Source: a virus
DNA: 64,000 nt
Strand: one strand, 5' to 3'
Virus record (IMG/VR): IMGVR_UViG_3300045988_171958
Coordinates: 64,001-128,000 of that record
Part shown: piece after piece, positions 1-7,626 of the stretch
Numbering within the stretch: the stretch's first letter is position 1
Layout of the letters: every line of letters starts with the position of its first letter
Notes under the pieces: generated by a model
Database searches by the model: none
What the model saw: the letters and a program-made list of their open reading frames with translations, nothing else
What the model was told of the DNA's origin: nothing
Position numbers and translations under genes: made by a program

Positions 1-1
1 G

Positions 2-232
2 ATCAAGAGCTTCTGTCCTAATTTGATTGATGAGCTTGGTTACCATGAGTGGTCACCTGAAGTAACAGCTCGTGTCAATGCATGGATTAATGTAGTTCTT
101 GCTGGTAATGATCCAACAAATCCATTGCCATCAGCAACATCAGCAGCATCAACAACTACTGCCCCTGCTGCTACTCCTTCAGATACAACAGAATCAACAC
201 CAACAGCTGGTTCTGATGATCTTCCATTCTAG
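2..232 (+). CDS. 3' fragment of a CDS entering from upstream; Ser/Thr/Ala/Pro-rich low-complexity C-terminal tail; function unknown
   Basis: The frame is open from the window edge to the stop at 230-232. Track ORF 23..232 is its TTG-initiated tail. Confidence 0.45.
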   Translation: MKSFCPNLIDELGYHEWSPEVTARVNAWINVVLAGNDPTNPLPSATSAASTTTAPAATPSDTTESTPTAGSDDLPF

Positions 233-276
233 CTTCAGCTGAACTGAAGCATGAAGTTCTAACTTCAAAATAAAAC

Positions 277-310
277 AAAAGAGCAGAATTCTTAAGAATT
301 CTGCTCTTTT
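277..310. terminator. bidirectional intrinsic terminator between convergent genes
   Basis: Perfect palindrome GAGCAGAATTCTT/AAGAATTCTGCTC (281-306), flanked by AAAA and TTTT. Confidence 0.75.
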
Positions 311-330
311 ACTATATATTAATTTTATTC

Positions 331-1119
331 TTATTTTGTAATAAATTTAGAATTAGGATTAATAGTTCTAAGTATATCAGATAATATTTTCATGAAATTT
401 CCATATAATGCATTATATATTGGGCTTTCAAATTTCAAATTTATTGGAAATTTATCTATGTCATATTTTATTATTTCTCTTCCACTACATGAAATATAAA
501 AAAATACATCATTATCAGGATCATAAAAATTAATTGCATCTAATGATTCTGCTGTTAACCAAAAAGTATGATATTTCTTATCATCTTTTTTTGAAATTTC
601 TCCTTTTTTAATTTTTTCAGATAAACTATCATGATCTAATGAAAAGTTTAAAGGTATTAATACTTCTGTATTCTTTAATAAATTATTAGTAACTCCTTTA
701 ATTAAATTGTCATAAAATAAACCTTTTTCTCTTAATTTCATTACTCTGACCCAATAATCTGGTTCGGTTTCTTCTAATTTATCAGATAATTTTGCAAATT
801 CTTTTAAATTAATGACAACATTTCCGTATAAGTTAGTATCTTTATCATATAATGATCTTATACTTACTCCTGAAGCACACTTTATTCCATCCACAGTTGC
901 AGAAATAGATTTACGGTATACATCACCAGTAAATGGTGCTATCTTTTCTAGTTTATGTTTAAGTCCCTTATATTTATCCGGAACATAACTACCATCTGAT
1001 AATTTTTCATCTTCTACTGCTTTAAAGAAAGCACCCATGAATTTACCTGCTCTATCAAATTGTTTTTTAATTACTGCTTTATCTGCTGCAGATTTATATG
1101 TGGCACTAGAAAGCTCCAT
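331..1119 (-). CDS. hypothetical protein, 262 aa; isolated minus-strand gene, visibly more AT-rich than its neighbours
   Basis: Long ORF with no competing frame. It lies between a terminator and a divergent intergenic region. No motif recognised. Confidence 0.6.
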   Translation of the reverse strand: MELSSATYKSAADKAVIKKQFDRAGKFMGAFFKAVEDEKLSDGSYVPDKYKGLKHKLEKIAPFTGDVYRKSISATVDGIKCASGVSIRSLYDKDTNLYGNVVINLKEFAKLSDKLEETEPDYWVRVMKLREKGLFYDNLIKGVTNNLLKNTEVLIPLNFSLDHDSLSEKIKKGEISKKDDKKYHTFWLTAESLDAINFYDPDNDVFFYISCSGREIIKYDIDKFPINLKFESPIYNALYGNFMKILSDILRTINPNSKFITK

Positions 1120-1198
1120 AATAGGGTATTAAACTTTCAACAAGAAATTGTGATAATGATTTCATTTTTTTTTTTGTTTTTATATATAATAAAAATAA

Positions 1199-1228
1199 TT
1201 TGAAATTTTTTATGTTTATTCTATATTT
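1199..1228 (+). promoter_or_regulatory. Bacteroidota-type promoter (TTTGAAATTT-N-TTCTATATTT)
   Basis: TTTG at 1199-1202 and TTCTATATTT at 1219-1228, 27 nt upstream of the ATG at 1255. Confidence 0.5.
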
Positions 1229-1254
1229 AAGATGTTAAATAATAAATATAGATT

Positions 1255-1440
1255 ATGGATATAAATTCAATTATATTTTTAGTAATTTTCTTTGTTATCG
1301 AAAGTATTCTTCTTACATTGAATTTTACTTACAAACCAAAATATAAAGATGATTTAACATATAATATATTTAAACTTTTAGTAATGATATTTCCTAATTT
1401 CATGATAATAGTTTATGTAATTATTTTTCATGCTTTATAA
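1255..1440 (+). CDS. small hydrophobic membrane protein, 61 aa (holin-class candidate)
   Basis: ORF with two hydrophobic segments, located directly upstream of the lysozyme gene. Confidence 0.45.
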   Translation: MDINSIIFLVIFFVIESILLTLNFTYKPKYKDDLTYNIFKLLVMIFPNFMIIVYVIIFHAL

Positions 1441-1465
1441 ATAAGATGTTTAATTTTCAAAATTT

Positions 1466-1633
1466 ATGATTATGACAATTTTGATTGGAATTATATTAAT
1501 TTTTGTAGGTATCGGATTCTATTCAGCTGCTGATAGAAATGGTATAACTAATGAATGGTTGTGCATGCTTGGTTTCTTAACAATGATGACTGGAGCACTC
1601 ATGATTGGAATGACAATGGATGGTACAATGTAG
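1466..1633 (+). CDS. small 2-TM membrane protein, 55 aa (holin/antiholin candidate); absent from the ORF track because it is under 60 aa
   Basis: Hand translation gives MIMTILIGIILIFVGIGFYSAADRNGITNEWLCMLGFLTMMTGALMIGMTMDGTM. ATG at 1466 and TAG at 1631-1633. It fills the gap before the lysozyme gene. Confidence 0.45.
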   Translation: MIMTILIGIILIFVGIGFYSAADRNGITNEWLCMLGFLTMMTGALMIGMTMDGTM

Positions 1634-1657
1634 TTTTAACTTTAAAGTAAGATAAGA

Positions 1658-2446
1658 ATGAAAAAGATAAAATATTTGATAGTAGGTTCAGCTTTTCTTG
1701 GTGGACTATCTGGAACATTACCACCCATGTTCATTAATGCTAGTCCTAATATTAATTCATTAGTAAAAGAAAAAGAAGATAGTACTCATCTTTGGAAGAA
1801 CATTAAGCTATATAGTGTAGTAAGAGATACATTGACTATAGAAGAAAGAGTACAACGTATTGAGGAAATGATGACCATTGACATCAATACAATGGCAAAG
1901 TCTTCTGATGTACATGAACATCATACTAATACTTATGAACATATTTATACATATAAGAATGCAAGTATAAGTAAGAAAGGAAAAGAGTTCATCAAGAAAT
2001 ATGAATCTTGTGTCCTTACTGCTTACAAGCTTAAAGGTGAAAAGAGATATACTATAGGTTATGGTCATGTAATCTATGAAAATGATATCCCACATAAGAT
2101 AAGTCAAGAATATGCTGATAAGCTATTTGATAAGGATATGGATAAGTTCAATGTTCATGTAAGAGAATTGCTTTCTGAACTTGACCATAGATTTATCTAT
2201 ACTCAATCATTTATTGATGGGTTGACATCATTGACATATAATTGTGGACCAGATGGTGTAAGAAAGACAAGGTTCTGGAAACGAATGAAGGCATGTCGAT
2301 ATGATAAGGAAACAAAAGCTATCAATAAGAAAGACTTGATTTATGCCATAGAAGCAGTAAAGACAGCCAATATTTCTAGAATATATTATTCTGGTCACAA
2401 GAACAGAAGAAAAGCAGAACACAATAAAATGACAGAAGAAGTATAA
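1658..2446 (+). CDS. GH24 (T4-type) lysozyme with an N-terminal signal/anchor; probable endolysin
   Basis: Hydrophobic N-terminus (LIVGSAFLGGLSG). GH24 core YESCVLTAYKLKGEKRYTIGYGH and downstream LTSLTYNCGP. Confidence 0.8.
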   Translation: MKKIKYLIVGSAFLGGLSGTLPPMFINASPNINSLVKEKEDSTHLWKNIKLYSVVRDTLTIEERVQRIEEMMTIDINTMAKSSDVHEHHTNTYEHIYTYKNASISKKGKEFIKKYESCVLTAYKLKGEKRYTIGYGHVIYENDIPHKISQEYADKLFDKDMDKFNVHVRELLSELDHRFIYTQSFIDGLTSLTYNCGPDGVRKTRFWKRMKACRYDKETKAINKKDLIYAIEAVKTANISRIYYSGHKNRRKAEHNKMTEEV

Positions 2447-2458
2447 AATATTATAATT

Positions 2459-2962
2459 ATGAAAGTAAATACTAAGAGTGCTATTATATCAGCCATAACA
2501 TTTGTATTGTTTCTTACTGGAAGTATGCTTATTGTCAACAAATGTACTGGGGCATCAAATGATATTGCTATAGTAGGTGATACATTGACATCAGAAGGTA
2601 AAGTAATGGAATTCGATTATCAAAATCATAAGTTCATCAATATTGTAAAATTTGATGAAAATGGCAATGCAGAAAGTTTTGTTGTTCATGATCCTAATTG
2701 TCGGTGTAGTGTAAAGAAATTGAATAATATCACTACAGTCATTACAAATAATGACAATCATAATAAGTTGAGTTCTGATTCTATTGTAAAAGCTAATTTC
2801 AGAGTTGTACTTTCTAAACTCAATTCATTACATAATGACAATGCCGCATTAATGAAAGAAGTAAAGACTTTGCGAACAGAAGTAGCAATGCTTAAGAAAA
2901 TGAAGACAAATTGTACTTATAAACCTATTCATAGAAAAGTACAATCAAAGAAGAGAAGATAA
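2459..2962 (+). CDS. N-terminally anchored coiled-coil protein, 167 aa (i-spanin-like candidate)
   Basis: N-terminal TM segment (AIISAITFVLFLTGSMLIV). C-terminal heptad-like LNSLHNDNAALMKEVKTLRTEVAMLKKMK. Located immediately after the lysozyme gene. Confidence 0.45.
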   Translation: MKVNTKSAIISAITFVLFLTGSMLIVNKCTGASNDIAIVGDTLTSEGKVMEFDYQNHKFINIVKFDENGNAESFVVHDPNCRCSVKKLNNITTVITNNDNHNKLSSDSIVKANFRVVLSKLNSLHNDNAALMKEVKTLRTEVAMLKKMKTNCTYKPIHRKVQSKKRR

Positions 2963-3015
2963 TAAACATCACTTATAGTTCTGTTCAAGAACTTAAGTTA
3001 ATGTTATCTACAGAA

Positions 3016-3101
3016 GCGCCTGGGTCACACAGGAAGCGGAAAATTGTTTAAGAGTATATTTATATACCTGAAATATATTTAACGTCCCTGTGTGACTTTT
3101 T
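3016..3101 (+). repeat. GC-rich structured intergenic element, copy A (GCGCCTGGG...GTCACACAGG-loop-CCTGTGTGAC-TTTTT)
   Basis: Roughly 85 nt, alignable along its length with copy D (61080-61165) and, in reverse complement, with copy C (45301-45385). A 10-bp outer stem is followed by a T-run. Confidence 0.7.
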
Positions 3102-3149
3102 ATTTAAATAAAAGTTTGAAATAACTTAGTTCATTTTATTCACTAAGTG

Positions 3150-3179
3150 AATGAAATTAATTAAAATTGTTCTATTTTA
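3150..3179 (+). promoter_or_regulatory. promoter variant (aTGAAATT-N-TTCTATTTTA)
   Basis: TTCTATTTTA at 3170-3179 with ATGAAATT about 19 nt upstream. The ATG is at 3205. Confidence 0.4.
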
Positions 3180-3204
3180 TATTTGAATAAAAAATATTGA
3201 AATT

Positions 3205-3402
3205 ATGATGGAATTGATTTTTGGAATAATTGCTATATTAGTAGGTCTTTTCATAACAGTACTTGTCCTGTTTATAATAGTAGGATTAATAAAACTGTTT
3301 ATTGGAAGTATAGCTTTCATGGGAGGATTTGTTTTGAAGGCCATAGGTAGTTTCATCTTTTGGTGTATTGCTATCTTTGTTGCATTATGTTTGATTTTTT
3401 AA
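3205..3402 (+). CDS. small membrane protein, 65 aa (almost entirely hydrophobic)
   Basis: ORF with two long hydrophobic stretches. Confidence 0.5.
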   Translation: MMELIFGIIAILVGLFITVLVLFIIVGLIKLFIGSIAFMGGFVLKAIGSFIFWCIAIFVALCLIF

Positions 3403-3418
3403 ATTTGATATATAGATT

Positions 3419-3640
3419 ATGATGGATGTTAATGTAGAAAACTTGAGAAATAAGAAATTGTTTAAAGTACATGCTGATATTACAGTACATGGACAGTTTA
3501 CTAGTAGAGTACTTCCATTGTCTATAAGTATTATCGCTAATGATGAGCAAGAGGCGAAAAACATTGCTAGACAAGTTAAAATTACTAATGTGAATATTAC
3601 TAATGTTAGAACAGAAGTAGATTTTAGTAAACATAATTAA
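3419..3640 (+). CDS. hypothetical protein, 73 aa
   Basis: ORF that abuts the next gene (stop at 3640, next ATG at 3642). Confidence 0.5.
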   Translation: MMDVNVENLRNKKLFKVHADITVHGQFTSRVLPLSISIIANDEQEAKNIARQVKITNVNITNVRTEVDFSKHN

Positions 3641-3641
3641 G

Positions 3642-3935
3642 ATGAAGACAACAATAGTAAAGAATAGAAAAATTCCAACCCTATATGAACTAGGTTTATA
3701 TGGATATTATGGTGCTATTTCATTAATTTCTGCTGTATTGTCTTATCCATTATCTGATTATTTTATGGGTAATAGTAACAGAAAAATAGATTTTTGTTTG
3801 TCAATCTTTATGACATCAATTTCAGCATGTTTAGTATTTGTAGCATTCATTATATGTGGTGGAATTCCTTTAACAGAGTGGTTAGATGAAAAAGAAAGAA
3901 ATGAAGGTAACAATTTCGATAAATACATTTTTTAG
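3642..3935 (+). CDS. small 2-TM membrane protein, 97 aa (array member 1)
   Basis: Two hydrophobic helices separated by a short polar loop. Overlaps the next ORF. Confidence 0.55.
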   Translation: MKTTIVKNRKIPTLYELGLYGYYGAISLISAVLSYPLSDYFMGNSNRKIDFCLSIFMTSISACLVFVAFIICGGIPLTEWLDEKERNEGNNFDKYIF

Positions 3936-4131
3936 AGATAAGATACAAAAAGATGGATTCAAGACTTATATTATTGCAACATTGATAATTGTAGCATTGA
4001 TGTGGTTTAATGATGTAGGAGAAAATACTATTCCAGGATTCATCTTAGTATATCTGTTTTTTGTGTTTGTTAGTTTAGTTTGTTTAATGATTAGTAGCGA
4101 TGATGAATACAGGAGAACTCATCCAGAGTAA
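3886..4131 (+). CDS. small 2-TM membrane protein, 81 aa (array member 2)
   Basis: Same architecture as member 1. Overlaps both neighbours. Confidence 0.5.
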   Translation: MKKKEMKVTISINTFFRDKIQKDGFKTYIIATLIIVALMWFNDVGENTIPGFILVYLFFVFVSLVCLMISSDDEYRRTHPE

Positions 4132-4318
4132 GAAATTCAACCATAAAGCTTTTTGCATTTTATATTCGATTTTCTTTGGAATAGCTTGGTTTATCTTAAA
4201 ATATGGTGTTGAATATACAGGTAAAGAAGTTATGATTCACCATTTGGTACTCATGACTTTATTTACTATAATCATAATTATAATATTGACATTCATGTTT
4301 ACAGAATTAGATATTTGA
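4100..4318 (+). CDS. small 2-TM membrane protein, 72 aa (array member 3)
   Basis: Same architecture. Overlaps the previous ORF by 32 nt. Confidence 0.5.
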   Translation: MMNTGELIQSKKFNHKAFCILYSIFFGIAWFILKYGVEYTGKEVMIHHLVLMTLFTIIIIIILTFMFTELDI

Positions 4319-4323
4319 AAATT

Positions 4324-4557
4324 ATGAAATTAGTACAAGATTGTAAGATTGGAACAATAATGGTTCCGTGTATTGTATATGCTGTTATATGCTATATTTC
4401 TTGGAATTTTTTTGCAACAAACTTGGTTGAAGAAAAAATGGGTATGTGCATATTTGCAACATCATTTTATGTGATAATATCAATGGTGTTTACAGTATTT
4501 GCCTATGTAGTTGTAGTAGTAATTCAAGAAGAGTTTAAAAATTTAAATAAAGATTAA
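4324..4557 (+). CDS. small 2-TM membrane protein, about 77 aa (array member 4)
   Basis: The track ORF starts at a TTG (4315); the first ATG is at 4324. The stop overlaps the start of the DHH gene (TAATGATG). Confidence 0.5.
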   Translation: MKLVQDCKIGTIMVPCIVYAVICYISWNFFATNLVEEKMGMCIFATSFYVIISMVFTVFAYVVVVVIQEEFKNLNKD

Positions 4558-5636
4558 TGATGGAGAATGTTTTGAAACTGACAAAAGAAAATGCAAATAA
4601 AGTATTGATTGTATATCATAAAGAAGATAATGATGGTGTGTTTTCTGCGGCATTGATGTATCATTGGATTGTTGATTGCATATCTAAACATTTACGAACT
4701 AAGAAGGAAAATGTTACTTTACTTGGTGCAGATTACAATATGCTAGATACATTAGCTAAAGATAGAAAGAATGATATGTGTCCTTATAATTGGATAAACA
4801 AATTTGGACATGTTTATATGCTTGATGTTTCATTCAATAATTGGAAAGTAATGAAGTTCTTGCATGATGCATATAGTTGTCGTTTAAGCTTTAGTTGGTT
4901 TGACCATCATGGTCCAGCATTAGCATTAGCAAAGCAACATGGATATGATGATACACCTGGATATAGGGCAACAACTACATCAACAATTGGATTAGTTTAT
5001 GAACATTTGTTTGATGTGCTTAGAATCAACCAGAATAAGGGTAATATGCCACAGTTGCTTCAGTATCTTGCTGGTTGGGACAGTTTCCATCCTAAGCAGT
5101 ATTGTCTTGGATTAGATGATTGTTATGGGGTCAATCTTGTAATCAATAGAGACTTTGAACTTGATTTTGATAAAGTATATGATTGTGTAAAGCATATTAT
5201 GTACGATGATGGTTCTGAATCTGATTATGGAAGAAACTTCATTAGTGAAACCGTACTTGATGCAGAAAACATTGTTGATTATGAAAACTATAAGAATAAG
5301 CAGTTAGTAAACAACTATGGTGATTTTGATTGGAAGTTCATCATCAATGGAAAGGAACGTAAGGCAGTTGCATTGTTCTGTCAAGGTCCATCATCAAGCA
5401 GAATGTTCGAATCAGTAGCAGATAAAGTAGATCATGCTATTGTCTTCAAACATTTGCCTAATGGAAAATGGTCTGGTTCTGTATATAATGTAAGACAAGA
5501 TGATGATAGAGAATACAATCTTGGAAGATGGATTAAGAGTTTAGTAAAGACTGCAGGTGGACATCCAGGTGCTGCTGGATTTACTATCAGTAATTCTAAA
5601 TTCAATAAGTGGAATAAGAATAAGACAGTAAGTTAA
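4557..5636 (+). CDS. DHH/DHHA1-family phosphoesterase (NrnA/RecJ-core-like)
   Basis: Motif I HKEDNDGVFSAA, motif III FDHHGP and the DHHA1 motif GGHPGAAGF are all present and in the canonical order. Confidence 0.75.
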   Translation: MMENVLKLTKENANKVLIVYHKEDNDGVFSAALMYHWIVDCISKHLRTKKENVTLLGADYNMLDTLAKDRKNDMCPYNWINKFGHVYMLDVSFNNWKVMKFLHDAYSCRLSFSWFDHHGPALALAKQHGYDDTPGYRATTTSTIGLVYEHLFDVLRINQNKGNMPQLLQYLAGWDSFHPKQYCLGLDDCYGVNLVINRDFELDFDKVYDCVKHIMYDDGSESDYGRNFISETVLDAENIVDYENYKNKQLVNNYGDFDWKFIINGKERKAVALFCQGPSSSRMFESVADKVDHAIVFKHLPNGKWSGSVYNVRQDDDREYNLGRWIKSLVKTAGGHPGAAGFTISNSKFNKWNKNKTVS

Positions 5637-5657
5637 TAGATATAGGAGGATAAATCT

Positions 5658-5804
5658 ATGTTTGATATTACAATAAGTATTTGGACATTGGTATTGCTTT
5701 CTGGTTTTACTGGTCTTGGATTTGGATTATATATAAAGACAAGACAGAAATTAGATGAAGCAAACCGAATATTAGTAGCAAATAAGCTACCACAAGTGAT
5801 TTGA
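5658..5804 (+). CDS. 48-aa single-TM micro-protein (not in the track)
   Basis: Hand translation gives MFDITISIWTLVLLSGFTGLGFGLYIKTRQKLDEANRILVANKLPQVI. It is preceded by AGGAGG 7 nt upstream, which is unusual in this window, and followed by a terminator. Confidence 0.5.
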   Translation: MFDITISIWTLVLLSGFTGLGFGLYIKTRQKLDEANRILVANKLPQVI

Positions 5805-5827
5805 TATAGAAGTTATTTTAATATACA

Positions 5828-5851
5828 GTGGAGAGCTAGCTCTCCACTTTT
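5828..5851 (+). terminator. intrinsic terminator
   Basis: Hairpin GTGGAGAGC-TA-GCTCTCCAC followed by TTTT. Confidence 0.75.
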
Positions 5852-5879
5852 ACAAATAGATCTTTGAAATAAATTAACT

Positions 5880-7334
5880 ATGAAAGTAAAGAAAAGAGAT
5901 GGTAAAGTCCAAGGCTTTGATCTTAACAAGCCAATTCATGCACTTGAAAAGGTGTATAAGAATGGAGTGAAGAAAGAAGTTCCTGATGGACTTATTAGTA
6001 AGTTTACAGAATCAATAAGAGCTTGGTTAGAAACCATGAAAGAAGATGTAGTTGATATTGAGACTGTACAAGATTTCTTGAGAGATTTCCTCATGTCAGT
6101 AGGAGAGAATGAAGCCGCAGAGCAATTCATCATTTACCGAGAAGAGAGATCTAGGTATCGAGAATCTAATACAAAGCTTGCTAAGAATATTGCTACAAAA
6201 CTTTATGCCAAGAATGTAGTTAACCAGAATGCTAATCTTGATGAAAACAGTTTTAGTGGTCGTATTGGTGAAGCTGGAGCGGTTGTTTGTAAAGATTTTG
6301 CTTTGAAAAACAGTATGTCGAAGATGGCAAGAAAGAATCATGAAGGAAACATGATTTATCAGCATGATCTTGACAAATTTGTATCGGGTATGCACAATTG
6401 TTTGACAGATCCAGTTGATATTCTTCTTGAACATGGCATTACATTGAAGCAGTGTGACATTCGTCCTGCTAATTCATTGAATACTGCATTCCAATTGATA
6501 GCTGTCAATTTCCAAGTACAATCACTTGAACAGTTTGGGGGTATTTCTGCATCACATCTTGATTGGACAATGGTACCATATTTCCGTAAGAGTTTCTTTA
6601 AGCATTACAACAATTGGTGTGATGGAATTCCATTGATGAAGTGGGCTAAACCTAACATTGATTCTAAATCTATCAAACATGTTAGTGTTGATGATAGAAT
6701 TTATACTGGTGTTGGATTGTTGAAACCATTGAAGAAAATGATATGGAAGAAAGCTTGGAATTCTACATTGAAGGAATTGAGACAAGCTACTGAAGCAATG
6801 AGTCATAATCTCAATAGCTTACAATCACGTAGTGGTGCTCAGTTGCCATTTTCTAGCATCAATTATGGTACATGTACTTTAAAGGAAGGTCGTGAAATCA
6901 TCAGAGCATTAATTAGTATGACATTGGAAGGTACTGGTAAGTATCATCGTACTGCTATATTCCCATGTTGCATATTCCAATACAGTAAGGAAATTCATGG
7001 TTCTAAAAAGAATCCTGGTCCTAACTATGATTTGTTCAGATTAGCATTGAAATCTACAACACAACGTGATTATCCTAATTATTGTAATGTTGATTGGAGT
7101 ACTAACTGGAAAGGTAATATATTTGATAGGGAGCAAAAGAATCGTGCATTGAAAGATTTGCTCAATTTCTCTAATTCAACATACTGTGCATTTGCCAAAT
7201 GGCTATCAGAACACCATGATTATGAAGATTATTTGTCATTGGAAGGTTATTATGATTGTATTGAAGATCATTGGGAAATTAAAGTAAAACCAGCAGAGAA
7301 ATTCACTAGATATGAAGTGATGAGCACGATGGGT
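5880..7334 (+). CDS. nrdD: anaerobic (class III) ribonucleoside-triphosphate reductase, exon 1
   Basis: N-terminal ATP-cone-like MKVKKRDGKVQGFD. The NrdD-like body ends ...YEVMSTMG at 7334. The 21 codons beyond that point are read-through into the intron. Confidence 0.8.
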
Positions 7335-7626
7335 AAGCGTAATACTACAGCCCATCTAAAACCTCTCGAACCATGCTTAATGGGTGTGGCAGCATAAGAA
7401 AATAAATAAGCTGCTGCTAACGGTTAGGTCCATTTATAATAGATGGATGAGATCCGTGCTAAATTGATAAATTTATTTATCATAAAGGTGTATCGACTAT
7501 CCCTGATGAGTGTAAGGGAGTAGAATCTGAGATAAGCACAGATTCGGAGCGTGAGGCCTCTGTTCATTTATGATAAATGAACTTAGGAACATATAGTCAG
7601 TCCTGTTAGTAATAACAGATAAGATG
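7335..7626 (+). ncRNA. group I-type self-splicing intron, ORF-less, 292 nt
   Basis: Exon end ATGGGT (7329-7334) pairs with GCCCAT (7350-7355), giving a U-G pair at the 5' splice site. The last intron base is G (7626). Splicing 7334 to 7627 preserves the frame. Many stable hairpins are present (e.g. 7523-7545, 7562-7581, 7603-7618). Confidence 0.7.

Noticed and set aside
7335-7397. The 21-codon extension (KRNTTAHLKPLEPCLMGVAA) at the end of track ORF 5880..7397, considered as the genuine NrdD C-terminus.
   Set aside because: NrdD-like sequence resumes in frame after a 292-nt structured insert that has group I splice-site hallmarks. The extension is best explained as read-through into the intron.
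7499-7520. A hammerhead-like CUGAUGAG string (CCCTGATGAGTGTAAGGG) inside the nrdD intron.
   Set aside because: I could not assemble the three-helix junction with the conserved GAAA and cleavage-site context. A short hairpin inside a group I intron is the simpler explanation.
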